Shown here: positions 9,836-20,548 of the stretch, piece after piece
Layout of the letters: every line of letters begins with the position of its first letter
Position numbering within the stretch: position 1 is the stretch's first letter
Assembly (NCBI GenBank): GCA_963716745.1
Contig: OY970320.1
Location: forward strand, 1,312,001-1,376,000
Source of the DNA: an uncultured Gemmatimonadaceae bacterium
Lineage (GTDB): Bacteria; Gemmatimonadota; Gemmatimonadetes; Gemmatimonadales; Gemmatimonadaceae
Reading direction: 5' to 3'
DNA length: 64,000 bases
Position numbers and translations under genes: made by a program
Notes under the pieces: model-generated
The model's database searches: none
What the model was told of the DNA's origin: nothing
Seen by the model: only the letters and a program-made list of their open reading frames with translations

Positions 9836-9883
9836 TTTATTTTCTTTTTATGCGGCGGCGCGAAATCTCTACGCCGTTTTTAT
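9836..9883 (+). promoter_or_regulatory. Putative KdpE binding sites upstream of kdpFABC
   Basis: T-rich direct repeats TTTAT(9836), TTTAT(9847), TCTAC(9868), TTTAT(9879): 11-bp spacing within each pair, in a GC-rich background. Confidence 0.65.
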
Positions 9884-9935
9884 GCCGGCGCGCATAGCGT
9901 TCCTCCCGGTGATCGAACCCCCGAGGAACCGCGCC

Positions 9936-10052
9936 ATGCTCGACTCTCTGTACATCGCTCTCTCCGTCGCCTTCTTCGCGCTGATGCTGTGGTACACGCG
10001 CGGCTGCGAACGGCTGGGGCGCGATCAAGACGCGCCCGAGTCGAAGCCATGA
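9936..10052 (+). CDS. Small hydrophobic peptide upstream of kdpF (38 aa)
   Basis: MLDSLYIALSVAFFALMLWYTRGCERLG...; GAGG upstream; stop overlaps the kdpF ATG (ATGA). Confidence 0.7.
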   Translation: MLDSLYIALSVAFFALMLWYTRGCERLGRDQDAPESKP

Positions 10053-10138
10053 CCGCCGATATGCTCGTCGGCGCCGTCGCGGCCGCGGCGCTCCTCATCT
10101 ATCTGCTCTACACTTTGCTCCGCCCCGAGAAGTTCTGA
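10049..10138 (+). CDS. kdpF: K+-transporting ATPase subunit F
   Basis: MTADMLVGAVAAAALLIYLLYTLLRPEKF (YL..LL.PEKF signature); stop overlaps the kdpA ATG; absent from the ORF track. Confidence 0.92.
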   Translation: MTADMLVGAVAAAALLIYLLYTLLRPEKF

Positions 10139-11854
10139 TGACCGTCAACGGCTGGCTCCAGATCCTCTTCTTCTCGCTCGCGGTGTTCGCCGTCGCGAAA
10201 CCGCTCGGCATCTATCTCGTGCGCGTGTACGACGGCACCGCGAAGTGGTGTGCGCCTGTCGAGCGGTTCTTGTATCGGATCTGCGGCGTGGATCCCGCCG
10301 AGGATCAGCACTGGACACGCTACGCGGCGTCGATGCTGGTCTTCAGCCTCGCGACCATGCTGCTGACTTATGCGGTGCTGCGGCTCCAGCAGGTGTTGCC
10401 CTTCAACCCTCAACATCTCGGCGCGGTGCCCGATCGCCAGGCCTTCGAGACCTCGGCGTCGTTCACCACGAATACCAACTGGCAGTCGTACTCGGGCGAG
10501 ACGATGATGTCCTACTTCTCGCAGATGAATCAGTTGGCGTTCCACAACTTCGCGTCGGCGGCGGTGGGCATGGCGCTCGCGGTGGCATTCGTGCGCGGCA
10601 TCGCGCGCCAGTCCGCCGGCAGACTCGGGAATTTCTGGACGGATCTCGTGCGCGGCACGCTCTACGTGCTGCTCCCGTTCTCGCTGCTGCTCGCACTGCT
10701 CTTCGTGCAGCAGGGGGCGATCCAGAACTTCCATCCATACGCCACCGTGCACACGCTCGAGGGCGCGACGCAATCGCTCGCGATGGGCCCCGTCGCCGGC
10801 CAGGAAGCGATCAAGCAGCTGGGCACCAACGGCGGCGGATTCTTCAACGCCAACTCGGCGCATCCATTCGAGAATCCCACGCCGTTCAGCAACTTCTGGC
10901 AGATGTTCGCGATCTTCGCGATCCCGTCGGCGCTCACGTACCTGCTCGGCCGCATGGTGAAGAACCAGCGGCACGGCTGGGCCGTATGGGCGGCGATGTA
11001 CTGCCTGTTCTTCATCGGCGTGAGCGCGGCGTACTGGGCTGAGGCGAAGGGGAATCCGATCCACGCGTCGCGCGGCATCGACGTCGCGGCGAGCGCGGGG
11101 AATCCCGGCGGCAACATGGAAGGCAAGGAAGTGCGCTTCGGCATCGCGAACTCGGCGCTCTTCGCCACCGTGACCACCGACGCGAGCTGCGGCGCCGTGA
11201 ACTCGATGCACGATTCGTTCACGCCGATCGGCGGACTCGTGCCGATGGTGAACATCCAGCTCGGCGAAGTGATCTACGGCGGCGTGGGCGCGGGATTGTA
11301 CGGCATGCTCGTGATGATCGTGCTCACCGTGTTCATCGCGGGGCTCATGGTAGGCCGCACGCCGGAGTATCTGGGCAAGAAGATCCAGGCGCGCGAAGTG
11401 CAGATGGCAATGCTTTACGTGCTCGTGTTCGCGGGCGCGATCCTCGTGATGTCCGGGATCGCCGCGGTCACGCCGGCGGGACTCAAGGGACTGAACAACG
11501 CGGGGCCGCACGGACTGTCCGAGATCCTGTACGCGTTCAGTTCCACCGCCGCGAATAATGGCAGCGCCTTCGCCGGGCTCACCGGGTCCACCTACTTCTA
11601 CAACACCCTGCTCGGACTCACGACGCTCATCGGCCGCTTCGCGATGATCGTCCCCATGCTCGCCCTCGCGGGCTTCCTGTCCGAGAAGCGCATCGTCCCT
11701 GAGTCGGCGGGCACCTTCCCGGTGACCACGCCGCTATTCGTCGTCGCTGCTCGTGTCTGTGATCCTCATCGTCAGTGCGCTCACGTTCTTCCCCGCGCTC
11801 TCGCTCGGCCCGATCGTCGAGCACTTCCTCATGCTGGCCGGGAGCCTGTTCTAA
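10138..11854 (+). CDS. kdpA: K+-transporting ATPase subunit A (frameshift near 11746)
   Basis: [31 protein letters not shown]; conserved C-terminus [16 protein letters not shown] continues in another frame to TAA 11854. Confidence 0.95.
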
Positions 11855-11855
11855 G

Positions 11856-13928
11856 ATGACCGTCACCAAGCGTTCGCTCTTCGACCAGCAGATCGTGCGC
11901 CGCGCGATCGGCGACTCGTTCCGCAAGCTGGACCCGCGCCACATGGTGCGGAACCCGGTGATGTTCGTCGTGCTCGTCGGCAGCGCGCTCACGACGCTCG
12001 TGCTCGTGCGCGACATTGCGGGCGGAAAGACCGACTGGGGCTTCACGCTCCAGCTCGCCGTGTGGCTCTGGTTCACTGTGGTGTTCGCGAATTTCGCCGA
12101 GGCGATGGCTGAGGGGCGCGGCAAGGCGCAGGCCGACAGCCTGCGCGCCACGCGCACGCAGACCATGGCGCGCGTGCTCAAAGACCCCGCGGACCACAAG
12201 TCGATCACCGAGACGCCCGCGTCGGCGCTTCGTTCCGGCATGGCCGTGCTATGTCTGCCCGGCGATGTGATCCCCGGCGACGGCGAAGTGATCGAGGGCG
12301 TCGCGAGCGTCGATGAATCCGCGATCACGGGCGAGTCCGCCCCGGTGATCCGCGAATCCGGCGGCGACCGCTCGGCGGTGACAGGGGGAACCAAGGTGCT
12401 GTCCGACCACCTCGTCATTCGCATCACCGCGAACCCCGGCGAGACCTTCCTCGACCGGATGATCGCGCTCGTCGAGGGCGCGTCGCGCCAGAAGACGCCG
12501 AACGAGATCGCGCTCACGATCCTGCTTTCGGGCCTCACGATCATCTTCCTCTTCGCCGTGGCGACGCTCGAGCCGTTCGCCGCGTACAGCGGCGCCACGG
12601 TCACCGTGCCGGTGCTCATCGCGCTGCTCGTATGTCTCATTCCCACCACGATCGGCGGGCTCCTCTCCGCGATCGGCATCGCGGGAATGGACCGCATGAT
12701 CCAGCAGAACGTCATCGCGATGAGCGGCCGCTCCGTGGAGGCCGCCGGCGACGTGAACACGCTGCTGCTCGACAAGACGGGCACGATCACGCTCGGCAAT
12801 CGCCAGGCGGTGGAGTTCATCCCGTTGCCCGGCGTCGCGCTCGAACGGCTCGCCGACCGCGCGCAATTCGCATCACTGCCCGACGAGACGCCCGAGGGGC
12901 GCAGCATCGTGGTGCTCGCGAAGGAGAAGTTCAATCTCCGCGGGCGCGCGGTGGGGCACGACACGCAACCACAGGATGCGGAGTTCGTCCCCTTCTCCGC
13001 GATGACACGCATGAGCGGCGTGAACCAGGGCGCGCTGCTCGTGCGCAAAGGCGCGTCGGATGCCGTGGCGCGCTGGGTGACGGAGAATGGCGGGTCGGCT
13101 CCAGCCGACCTCAAGCCGATCGTCGACCGCGTGGCGCGTGAAGGCGGCACGCCACTTGTGGTCGCCGAGCGGGAGAGCGGCGCTGCGCGCGTGCTCGGCG
13201 TGATCTATCTCAAGGACGTGGTGAAGGGCGGCATCCACGAACGCTTCGACCGGCTGCGCGCGATGGGCATTCGCACCGTCATGATCACCGGCGACAATCC
13301 GCTCACCGCCGCGGCGATCGCGCACGAAGCGGGGGTCGATGATTTCCTCGCCGAGGCGACGCCCGAGGACAAGATCACGCTCATTCGCCGTGAGCAGACG
13401 GGCGGAAGGCTCGTCGCGATGACCGGCGACGGCACCAACGATGCGCCGGCGCTGGCGCAGGCCGACGTGGGCGTCGCGATGAACAGCGGCACGCAGGCGG
13501 CGAAGGAAGCGGGCAACATGATCGACCTCGATTCGAATCCCACCAAGCTCATCGAGGTCGTGGAGATCGGGAAGCAACTGCTCATGACGCGCGGCGCGCT
13601 CACCACCTTCTCCATCGCGAACGATGTCGCGAAGTACTTCGCGATCATCCCGGCGATGTTCGTCGCGGCGTATCCCGCGCTCGCCGCGCTCAACGTGATG
13701 CATCTGCATTCGCCCGCATCGGCGATCCTCGCGAGTGTGATCTTCAACGCGCTCATCATCATCGCGCTCATCCCGCTCGCGCTGCGTGGCGTGAAGTACC
13801 GCCCCGCGCCGGCCGGCGTGATCCTGCGCCGGAACCTCCTGCTCTACGGCGTCGGCGGGATCCTCATCCCCTTCGCCGGCATCAAGCTCATCGACATGCT
13901 CCTCGTGGCCGTCCACTTCGTCGCGTGA
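11856..13928 (+). CDS. kdpB: K+-transporting ATPase subunit B
   Basis: [23 protein letters not shown]. Confidence 0.97.
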   Translation: MTVTKRSLFDQQIVRRAIGDSFRKLDPRHMVRNPVMFVVLVGSALTTLVLVRDIAGGKTDWGFTLQLAVWLWFTVVFANFAEAMAEGRGKAQADSLRATRTQTMARVLKDPADHKSITETPASALRSGMAVLCLPGDVIPGDGEVIEGVASVDESAITGESAPVIRESGGDRSAVTGGTKVLSDHLVIRITANPGETFLDRMIALVEGASRQKTPNEIALTILLSGLTIIFLFAVATLEPFAAYSGATVTVPVLIALLVCLIPTTIGGLLSAIGIAGMDRMIQQNVIAMSGRSVEAAGDVNTLLLDKTGTITLGNRQAVEFIPLPGVALERLADRAQFASLPDETPEGRSIVVLAKEKFNLRGRAVGHDTQPQDAEFVPFSAMTRMSGVNQGALLVRKGASDAVARWVTENGGSAPADLKPIVDRVAREGGTPLVVAERESGAARVLGVIYLKDVVKGGIHERFDRLRAMGIRTVMITGDNPLTAAAIAHEAGVDDFLAEATPEDKITLIRREQTGGRLVAMTGDGTNDAPALAQADVGVAMNSGTQAAKEAGNMIDLDSNPTKLIEVVEIGKQLLMTRGALTTFSIANDVAKYFAIIPAMFVAAYPALAALNVMHLHSPASAILASVIFNALIIIALIPLALRGVKYRPAPAGVILRRNLLLYGVGGILIPFAGIKLIDMLLVAVHFVA

Positions 13929-14521
13929 CCAATACCATGCTCCGCCGCCAGCTCCGCCCCGCCATCGTGATGACGCTCGCGCTCTGCGTGATCACCGGGC
14001 TCATCTATCCGGGCGTCGTCACCGCGCTCGCGCAGTTGTTGTTCCCGCGCCAGGCGAATGGCTCGCTCGTGAGCGTGAACGGCCGCGTGGTGGGGAGCGC
14101 GCTCATCGGGCAGCCGTTCACGCAGCCGTACTACTTCCATCCGCGCCCGTCGGCCGCGGGCGCCGGCTACGACGACACGCTCAGTGGCGGAACGAACCTC
14201 GGACCAACCAGCGCGAAGCTCGCCGACACGCTCATCGCGAGCGCCGTGGACAGCGCGATGAGGAACGACGGCGCCAAGAAGGGACAGATCCCCTCGGACA
14301 TGGTGACCTCTTCCGCATCGGGCGTCGATCCGCACATTTCACCGGCCACTGCACTGCTACAAGTCGCGCGCGTGGCCGCCGCTCGCGGCGTGAGCGACAG
14401 CGCAATGCGCGCGCTCGTCGCGCGGCACATCGAGGGGCGACAGTTCGGATTCTTCGGCGAGGCGCGCGTGAACGTTCTGCTGCTCAACATCGCCGTCGAT
14501 TCGGCATTTCCGAGGCGCTGA
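13925..14521 (+). CDS. kdpC: K+-transporting ATPase subunit C
   Basis: [31 protein letters not shown]. Confidence 0.95.
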   Translation: MTNTMLRRQLRPAIVMTLALCVITGLIYPGVVTALAQLLFPRQANGSLVSVNGRVVGSALIGQPFTQPYYFHPRPSAAGAGYDDTLSGGTNLGPTSAKLADTLIASAVDSAMRNDGAKKGQIPSDMVTSSASGVDPHISPATALLQVARVAAARGVSDSAMRALVARHIEGRQFGFFGEARVNVLLLNIAVDSAFPRR

Positions 14522-14525
14522 TCCC

Positions 14526-15845
14526 GTGATCCGCTGCGTCGCGCACGTCCTTATGGGCGCGATCCTTCTCGCGCCCGCGCTCGCCGCCCAGCAAGCCGAT
14601 TCCGCGCCCGCATCGCGCGCGCTCGCGTCGCCCCTCGATTCGCCGCCATTCCCGAATTCCGACTGGCTCGGCGGACCGGTGATCGGCGAGCCCGACGGCA
14701 CGCCCGACTATCCGATGCAGCGCGCGATCTTCGGCAATTCGCTGGACGCGAGCCGCTTCAAGATCTACGGCTGGGTGGACCTCTCGGCGAATGCGAGCAC
14801 CTCGAACAATTCGAACTCGCCGCTCACGCCGTCGATCGTCCCGAACAAGTTCGAACTCGAGCAACTCGTGCTGCGCATCGATCGCACGCCGAACACCGTG
14901 CAGACCGAGCGCGCGGATTGGGGATTCCACTTCACCGGCATGTACGGCATCGACTACCGCTACAGTACGGCGAAAGGCTGGTTGAGCGATCAGCTGCTGC
15001 AGCACAACGAGTTGTACGGCTTCGATCCCACCGAGCTGTACGCGGTGCTGTACCTCCCCCATCTCGCGCAGGGCACCGAGTTCAAGATCGGACGCTACAT
15101 CTCGCCCGCCGATCTCGACGATCCGTTCGCGAACGACAACTACCTGCTCACCCATCCCCTCACGATCTCCGTGGATCCGGTCACGTTCACGGGCGTCGAG
15201 GCGATCGTTCGCTTGAATCAGCAATGGGCGCTCACGCTCGGTGTCGATGCCGGCAGCGACATGGCTCCCTGGCAGAACTCCGCGCAGCTCAATGGACAAG
15301 CGTTGGTGCGATGGGTGTCGCTCAGCGGGAACGATGGCCTGTGGGGCGGCGTCAATTCCCTGGGCAGCGGCTATTTCACCAATGGGCACGACAATCTGCA
15401 ACAGGTGATCCTCACATGGGGGCACAAGTTCAACGGCACCCTCCACATGCAGACCGAGGCCTATTATCTCTGGCAATTCGATGGCGACAAGGGCGGCTCG
15501 TGCAACTATGGACCGGTAAAGCCGTTCGGCGGCGGTGGCGGGTGCGGGCCGCTCATTCCCGGGCGCAGCGACGCGATCGCCGCCGTGAATTACTTCGAGG
15601 TCCTGCTCTCACCCAAGAGCTACATCTCCCTGCGCACCGACTATCTGAACGATGTGCAGGGACAACGCACCGGCTACGCGACGCCGTACGGTTCGTTCAC
15701 CGCGGGGTGGGCACGCTGGCTCTGGCCGCTCGCGCTGCTGCGCGTCGAGGCGCGTCATGATGAAGCGTTCAGTGCCGCGCCGTACGACAACGGCACCGCG
15801 CGACAGCAGACCACGGGCTCGGTAGACCTCCTCGTTCGCTTCTGA
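14526..15845 (+). CDS. Putative outer-membrane beta-barrel porin (DUF1597/BBP2-like)
   Basis: Signal peptide, YGIDYRY, aromatic amphipathic strands, terminal Phe; 4 bp after kdpC. Confidence 0.75.
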   Translation: MIRCVAHVLMGAILLAPALAAQQADSAPASRALASPLDSPPFPNSDWLGGPVIGEPDGTPDYPMQRAIFGNSLDASRFKIYGWVDLSANASTSNNSNSPLTPSIVPNKFELEQLVLRIDRTPNTVQTERADWGFHFTGMYGIDYRYSTAKGWLSDQLLQHNELYGFDPTELYAVLYLPHLAQGTEFKIGRYISPADLDDPFANDNYLLTHPLTISVDPVTFTGVEAIVRLNQQWALTLGVDAGSDMAPWQNSAQLNGQALVRWVSLSGNDGLWGGVNSLGSGYFTNGHDNLQQVILTWGHKFNGTLHMQTEAYYLWQFDGDKGGSCNYGPVKPFGGGGGCGPLIPGRSDAIAAVNYFEVLLSPKSYISLRTDYLNDVQGQRTGYATPYGSFTAGWARWLWPLALLRVEARHDEAFSAAPYDNGTARQQTTGSVDLLVRF

Positions 15846-15898
15846 TCGCAGCGGCGCGAGGCGCTTGCGCCGCCGCCACCCGCGCGGCACCGTCATGC

Positions 15899-16483
15899 AT
15901 GTCCCGCGCAACGTGGTGCGGCGCCGCGCTCGTGCTGGCCGCCGCCTGTTCCGCTTCCGAGAGCACGCCCGCGCCGTCGCGGCATTATCGCGACGGCGGC
16001 ATCGCGTTCAACTATCCGGAGGGCTGGACCGCCACGCCGCGCACTCGTGCGGTGCCGACGCGATCGCTCATCGTCAAGTCCACGAGCGCCGCGCTCGTGA
16101 TCATCGACGTGAAGAGACCCGAGCGCGCGATGAGCTTGCGCGCCTACGCCGATTCGTTCGGCGCGCTCATGCGGTCGGCGACGCCCATAGGGAAGATGGG
16201 AACGTCATCATTCAGCAATATCCAGCACGTGGACGGCTTCGATATCCTGGTGGAGCACTTCACGCTGTCGCTGTTGAATGTGGACGTGCCGCACACCCGC
16301 ACGTACGGGCGCATGACCGGACCGGCCGGTGTCTGCTTCCTCACCTCGCAGACGGCGGACAATGAGAAGGAACAGTCGAGCGCCGGGTTCGAGGAGATCT
16401 TCGGAACGTTCGAGTGCGGCGCGCCTAATCCCGCCGACTCCGGCGCCGCCGCGACCGATTCCGCGCTGACCCACGCACACTGA
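15899..16483 (+). CDS. Hypothetical lipoprotein
   Basis: Lipobox LAAC after a hydrophobic stretch; host-like codon usage. Confidence 0.65.
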   Translation: MSRATWCGAALVLAAACSASESTPAPSRHYRDGGIAFNYPEGWTATPRTRAVPTRSLIVKSTSAALVIIDVKRPERAMSLRAYADSFGALMRSATPIGKMGTSSFSNIQHVDGFDILVEHFTLSLLNVDVPHTRTYGRMTGPAGVCFLTSQTADNEKEQSSAGFEEIFGTFECGAPNPADSGAAATDSALTHAH

Positions 16484-16486
16484 ACC

Positions 16487-17089
16487 ATGAAGCGATCGCC
16501 CGCGCCGCGCGCGTTCCGCAGTCGCCACGAATTCCGCGAGTGGCTCACCAAGCATCACGCCACGCACGATGAGTTGATCCTGCGGCTCTACAAGACCGCG
16601 CACGGGCATCGCGGCATGGGATACATCGACGCGGTAGATGAAGCGCTGTGCTTCGGCTGGATCGACGGCGTGAAACGCAGCCATGATGAGATCAGCTTCA
16701 CGCAGCGATTCACGCCGCGCAAACCGCGCAGTATCTGGAGCCGCGTCAACATCGGGAAGGTGGAGGCGCTGATCGCGAGCGGCCGCATGACGAAGCCGGG
16801 ACTCGATGCGTACGCGAAGCGCACGCCCGAACGCACCGGCATCTACGCCTTCGAGCGCGCGGCGCTGAAGTTCTCGCCGGCGTTCCTCAAGAGATTCAAA
16901 GCGAACCGCGCCGCATGGAAATACTTCCAGGCGCAGCCGCCGTGGTACCAGCGGCTCATGACATTCCGGATCATGAGTGCCAAGCTCCCGGAAACACGCG
17001 CAAGACGGCTCGAGCAGACGATCGCACATTCCGCCGCGGGCGAATGGATACCCGGGTTCCCGGCGCGAACCGCGAAGCAGACCAAGTGA
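16487..17089 (+). CDS. YdeI/OmpD-associated family protein
   Basis: EALCFGWIDG, FTPRKPRSIWSRVN, AKLPETRARR. Confidence 0.88.
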   Translation: MKRSPAPRAFRSRHEFREWLTKHHATHDELILRLYKTAHGHRGMGYIDAVDEALCFGWIDGVKRSHDEISFTQRFTPRKPRSIWSRVNIGKVEALIASGRMTKPGLDAYAKRTPERTGIYAFERAALKFSPAFLKRFKANRAAWKYFQAQPPWYQRLMTFRIMSAKLPETRARRLEQTIAHSAAGEWIPGFPARTAKQTK

Positions 17090-17099
17090 GGTCCCGCCC

Positions 17100-17363
17100 A
17101 TGACCCAGCAGAAGCTGCTCATCACGCTCGCGATCGCGAACATCCCCGTCTACTTCATCGTCGGGAAGATCATGTTCAATGATCTCGACGGCGCGAAGGA
17201 GGCGTTCGGGTTTTGGTTCACGCCCATGTGGATCGAAGCGCTTCGCGGTGATGGAGAGACCGCCACGTGGTCGAACCTCAAGGTGTTCGTGTGGCTGTTC
17301 ATCTGCGGCGCGGCCGTCGCTACCGAGTATTTCGCGCTGGCGAAACACTATGTGACGGCGTGA
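17100..17363 (+). CDS. Small two-TM membrane protein
   Basis: ATG 17100 after GAGG; two hydrophobic segments. Confidence 0.65.
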   Translation: MTQQKLLITLAIANIPVYFIVGKIMFNDLDGAKEAFGFWFTPMWIEALRGDGETATWSNLKVFVWLFICGAAVATEYFALAKHYVTA

Positions 17364-17368
17364 GCCGA

Positions 17369-17474
17369 ACCGCGAACAGCGGGACTGGTACCGCTGAGGG
17401 CGGGATTAGCGTTGGATGATGCTTCATCCAACGCCAATCCCGCCGTCAGCGGTACTAGTGCTGCCGTTCGCGGT
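17369..17474. repeat. 106-bp hairpin element (family C)
   Basis: Arms 17369-17419 and 17424-17474 pair at 45/51 with a 4-nt loop TGCT; related units at 46351-46447. Confidence 0.92.
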
Positions 17475-17540
17475 GACCCGTCCTCTGAAACCTTGCCCCC
17501 GACTTTTCGTCTCGTTCTCAGTCATTTCTCCAGGATCCCG

Positions 17541-18410
17541 ATGCTCTCGATCGAATCGGTCACCAAGAAATTCCGAGGCGGCGTCACCGCCGTCGATTCC
17601 CTCTCGCTCTCCCTCGAGAGCGGCGTCCTCGGCCTGCTCGGCCCCAACGGCGCGGGCAAGACCACGCTCATGCAGATGATCGCGACGATCACGCGCCCCA
17701 CTGCCGGCCGCATCACGTGGAACGGCGCCGATCTCGCCAACGACCCCGACGCGCTCCGCCTCAAGCTCGGCTACCTGCCCCAGGACTTCGGCGTCTACGA
17801 CAATCTCACCGCGCTCGAATTCCTCACCTATTTCGCGTCGCTCAAGGGCGTCACCAGCAAAACGCGCATCATGGAGATGCTCGAGCTCGTGAACCTGCAC
17901 ACGGTGGCGCACCGTTCCGCCGGCGCGTTCTCCGGCGGAATGAAGCAGCGGCTCGGCATCGCGCAGGCGCTCGTGAACGATCCCGACGTCGTGATCGTCG
18001 ACGAACCCACCGCCGGCCTCGACCCCGAGGAGCGCGTGCGATTCCGGAATATCCTCTCCGACATCGGCTTCGGGAAACTCGTGATCCTCTCGACGCACAT
18101 CGTGACCGACATCGAGTCGATCGCCACGAGCATCGCCGTCATGAAACACGGCAAGCTGGTGAGCCACGCGTCGCCCGAAGCGATGCTGCAGAGCGCGGCG
18201 GGCTCGGTGTGGCAGGCGGTGCTCAGCTCCGAACGATTCGCCGCCGAGCGCGCGAAGTTCCGCGTGTCGCACGCGGTGCGGAAACCCGATGGCGTGCATG
18301 TGCGCGTCGTGCAGCGCGCCCGCCCTTGGCCGGACGCCCAGCCCGCCGAGCCCGATCTCGAGGACGCGTTCCTCTACGCGATGGATCCCGAGCCGGCCGC
18401 CGCCGCGTGA
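17541..18410 (+). CDS. ABC transporter ATP-binding protein
   Basis: GPNGAGKT, FSGGMKQR, IVDEPTAGLD. Confidence 0.95.
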   Translation: MLSIESVTKKFRGGVTAVDSLSLSLESGVLGLLGPNGAGKTTLMQMIATITRPTAGRITWNGADLANDPDALRLKLGYLPQDFGVYDNLTALEFLTYFASLKGVTSKTRIMEMLELVNLHTVAHRSAGAFSGGMKQRLGIAQALVNDPDVVIVDEPTAGLDPEERVRFRNILSDIGFGKLVILSTHIVTDIESIATSIAVMKHGKLVSHASPEAMLQSAAGSVWQAVLSSERFAAERAKFRVSHAVRKPDGVHVRVVQRARPWPDAQPAEPDLEDAFLYAMDPEPAAAA

Positions 18411-19993
18411 TGCAGCTCGCCCGGATCCGCTCAGTCGTGAAGGCCGACGTGATGATCCGCGTCCGCCGGCCGTCGTCCATCGCGGTATTCCTGTTCCTCT
18501 GCTTCCTCGCGTACATCGTGGTGCCGCCGGTGTCGTCGGGGCGCACGCTCATGCAGGTCGAGGGGCATCGCGCGCTGCTCACGTCGAGCACGATCGCGCT
18601 CGCCACCGCGGGCTTCGTCGCGATCCTGCTCGGCATGCTCGGCTTCTATCTCGTGAGCAACACGATCCGCCGCGACGCGCTCACGCGTACCGGAAGCGTG
18701 ATCGCCGCGATGCCGGTCACGAATGCCGAATATCTCGTCGGGAAATTCCTCGGCAACGCGAGCTTCCTGGGACTCGTCGTGCTCGGCTGCATGCTGAACG
18801 TCATGGTCATGCACCTGCTGCGCGCGGAGGGGCCGCTCGAACCGCTCGTCTATCTCTCGACGTACATCGGGATGTGCGGCCCGCTGGTGCTCGTCGTGTC
18901 CGCGATCGCGCTGCTGTTCGAGTGCGTGCGCCCGCTCTCGGGGCGCGTGGGCGACGTGCTGTATTTCTTCATCTGGATCTTCATGATCGCGGTCGCGGGC
19001 ATCGGCGGCGCGCAGGCACAGGCGCAGGGGAATGCCGGCCTGCCGGCCGCGGCGTACTACGACGTGATCGGCATGCTCTTCATGATCACGCAGGCGGGCG
19101 GCGGCGGGCGAGCGAGCCACCTGGAGATCGGCGGCGCGCCCTTCGATCCGGCGCAGGCGCCGTGGACCTTCCCCGGCATCCACTGGAGCGCGCCCGTCAT
19201 CGCGAGCCGATTGACGAGCGCGCTCGTCGCGCTGCCCATCCTGCTCGTGGCCTGGGTGTTCTTCGCGCGCTTCGATCCGGCCAAGATGAAAATGGAAGTG
19301 CAGCACGCGAAGACCAATCTCTTCGCACAGCTCAACCGCGTGCTCAAGCCGCTCACGCGCATCGTGCTCGGGCTCCTCGCGCCGCGCCCCGGCGCGCGCC
19401 CCGGACTCGGCCGCATCGCGCGCAGCGAGCTGGCGCTCACCTTCATGCTGTCGCCGATCGCGCTCGCGCTGTTCATCGTGCTCTCGCTCATGGCCGCCAC
19501 CGCGTCGCTCCCCACCCTGCTCGACAAGACGCTGCCGCTCATCTTCCTCGGCATCCTCATCGCAATCGCCGACATCGCCACGCGCGATGCCGCGTCCGGC
19601 ACCACGGCGCTGCTCTATAGCATGCCGAAGGTGAAGCAGGACTACGTCGCGGCGAAGTTCATCGCCGCGTCGCTCACGGCCATCGCCTTCGTGATCGTGC
19701 CGCTCGTGCGCCTCGCGATCGCGAACCCCGCCTCCGCGGTCTCGCTCGTGATCGGCGCGATCTTCACGGCGTCGCTCGCGGTGACACTCGGGATCGTCAC
19801 CGGCAGCGGCAAGGCGTTCGCGGGATTCTTCCTGCTCTTCCTCTACCTCGCGAACAGCGCGCGCGGTGCGCCTGAATTCGACTTCGCCGGCTGGAGCGGC
19901 GCCGCCACCAATGGCGTGCGCATCGGATATCTTATCATCAGCATGCTCCTCGTCGCCGCCGCCGTGACCCGTCAACGCCTTCGCCCCGCATGA
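18410..19993 (+). CDS. ABC-2-type transporter permease
   Basis: Polytopic membrane protein; ATG overlaps the ATPase stop; MPVTNAEYLVGKF. Confidence 0.8.
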   Translation: MQLARIRSVVKADVMIRVRRPSSIAVFLFLCFLAYIVVPPVSSGRTLMQVEGHRALLTSSTIALATAGFVAILLGMLGFYLVSNTIRRDALTRTGSVIAAMPVTNAEYLVGKFLGNASFLGLVVLGCMLNVMVMHLLRAEGPLEPLVYLSTYIGMCGPLVLVVSAIALLFECVRPLSGRVGDVLYFFIWIFMIAVAGIGGAQAQAQGNAGLPAAAYYDVIGMLFMITQAGGGGRASHLEIGGAPFDPAQAPWTFPGIHWSAPVIASRLTSALVALPILLVAWVFFARFDPAKMKMEVQHAKTNLFAQLNRVLKPLTRIVLGLLAPRPGARPGLGRIARSELALTFMLSPIALALFIVLSLMAATASLPTLLDKTLPLIFLGILIAIADIATRDAASGTTALLYSMPKVKQDYVAAKFIAASLTAIAFVIVPLVRLAIANPASAVSLVIGAIFTASLAVTLGIVTGSGKAFAGFFLLFLYLANSARGAPEFDFAGWSGAATNGVRIGYLIISMLLVAAAVTRQRLRPA

Positions 19994-20433
19994 CCAACGA
20001 ACCCGTGGTCACCGGAGCGCCGCTCGGCCGCGCCGGCCGCATCGCCCTCGTCGGCGGCGGCCTCATGGTCGCCAGCGGCATCTTCGGCGCGATCCTCGGC
20101 ACCGCGTTCTTCACCGCGGGCGTCGCGATCGTGATGCACACCTTCAGTTGGAGCGCGGTGGCCTGGGGCGCCGAGCGCGGCGCCGTGATCGGCGGCATCG
20201 TCGCGCCGCTGGGCGCATGGGCCTTCCTTCGACGCGTCCCTCTAGGCCTCGCGATCCCCGGCCTCACCGTCGGCACCATCATCGGCGGCACGATCGGCTC
20301 CCTCGCCCCTCATTCGCAACTCGGCGTATGGCAGACGGCAGCGGCATCGTTGGTGGGTTTTGTCATCGCCGCCCTCGTGCTCCGTCTGCGCAGCAGTCCA
20401 GAAGCAAACGCGAGTGAGACGAGTGAGAAGTAG
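19990..20433 (+). CDS. Hypothetical membrane protein
   Basis: ATGA overlap; Gly-rich hydrophobic helices. Confidence 0.65.
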   Translation: MTNEPVVTGAPLGRAGRIALVGGGLMVASGIFGAILGTAFFTAGVAIVMHTFSWSAVAWGAERGAVIGGIVAPLGAWAFLRRVPLGLAIPGLTVGTIIGGTIGSLAPHSQLGVWQTAAASLVGFVIAALVLRLRSSPEANASETSEK

Positions 20434-20473
20434 TTGCAGTCTAACGTCTAGGTCTAACGTCTAAGTCTGCAGT
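20433..20473. repeat. Short 13-nt-period GTCTA repeat (family D, copy 2)
   Basis: GTTGCAGTCTAACGTCTAGGTCTAACGTCTAAGTCTGCAGT. Confidence 0.7.
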
Positions 20474-20548
20474 GCCGACTCGGTCTTTCGGAATCGCACC
20501 TGAAGCCCCACTGTTGTAGGAGCATCCCCCCCAACAGGAGGCCCTCCG

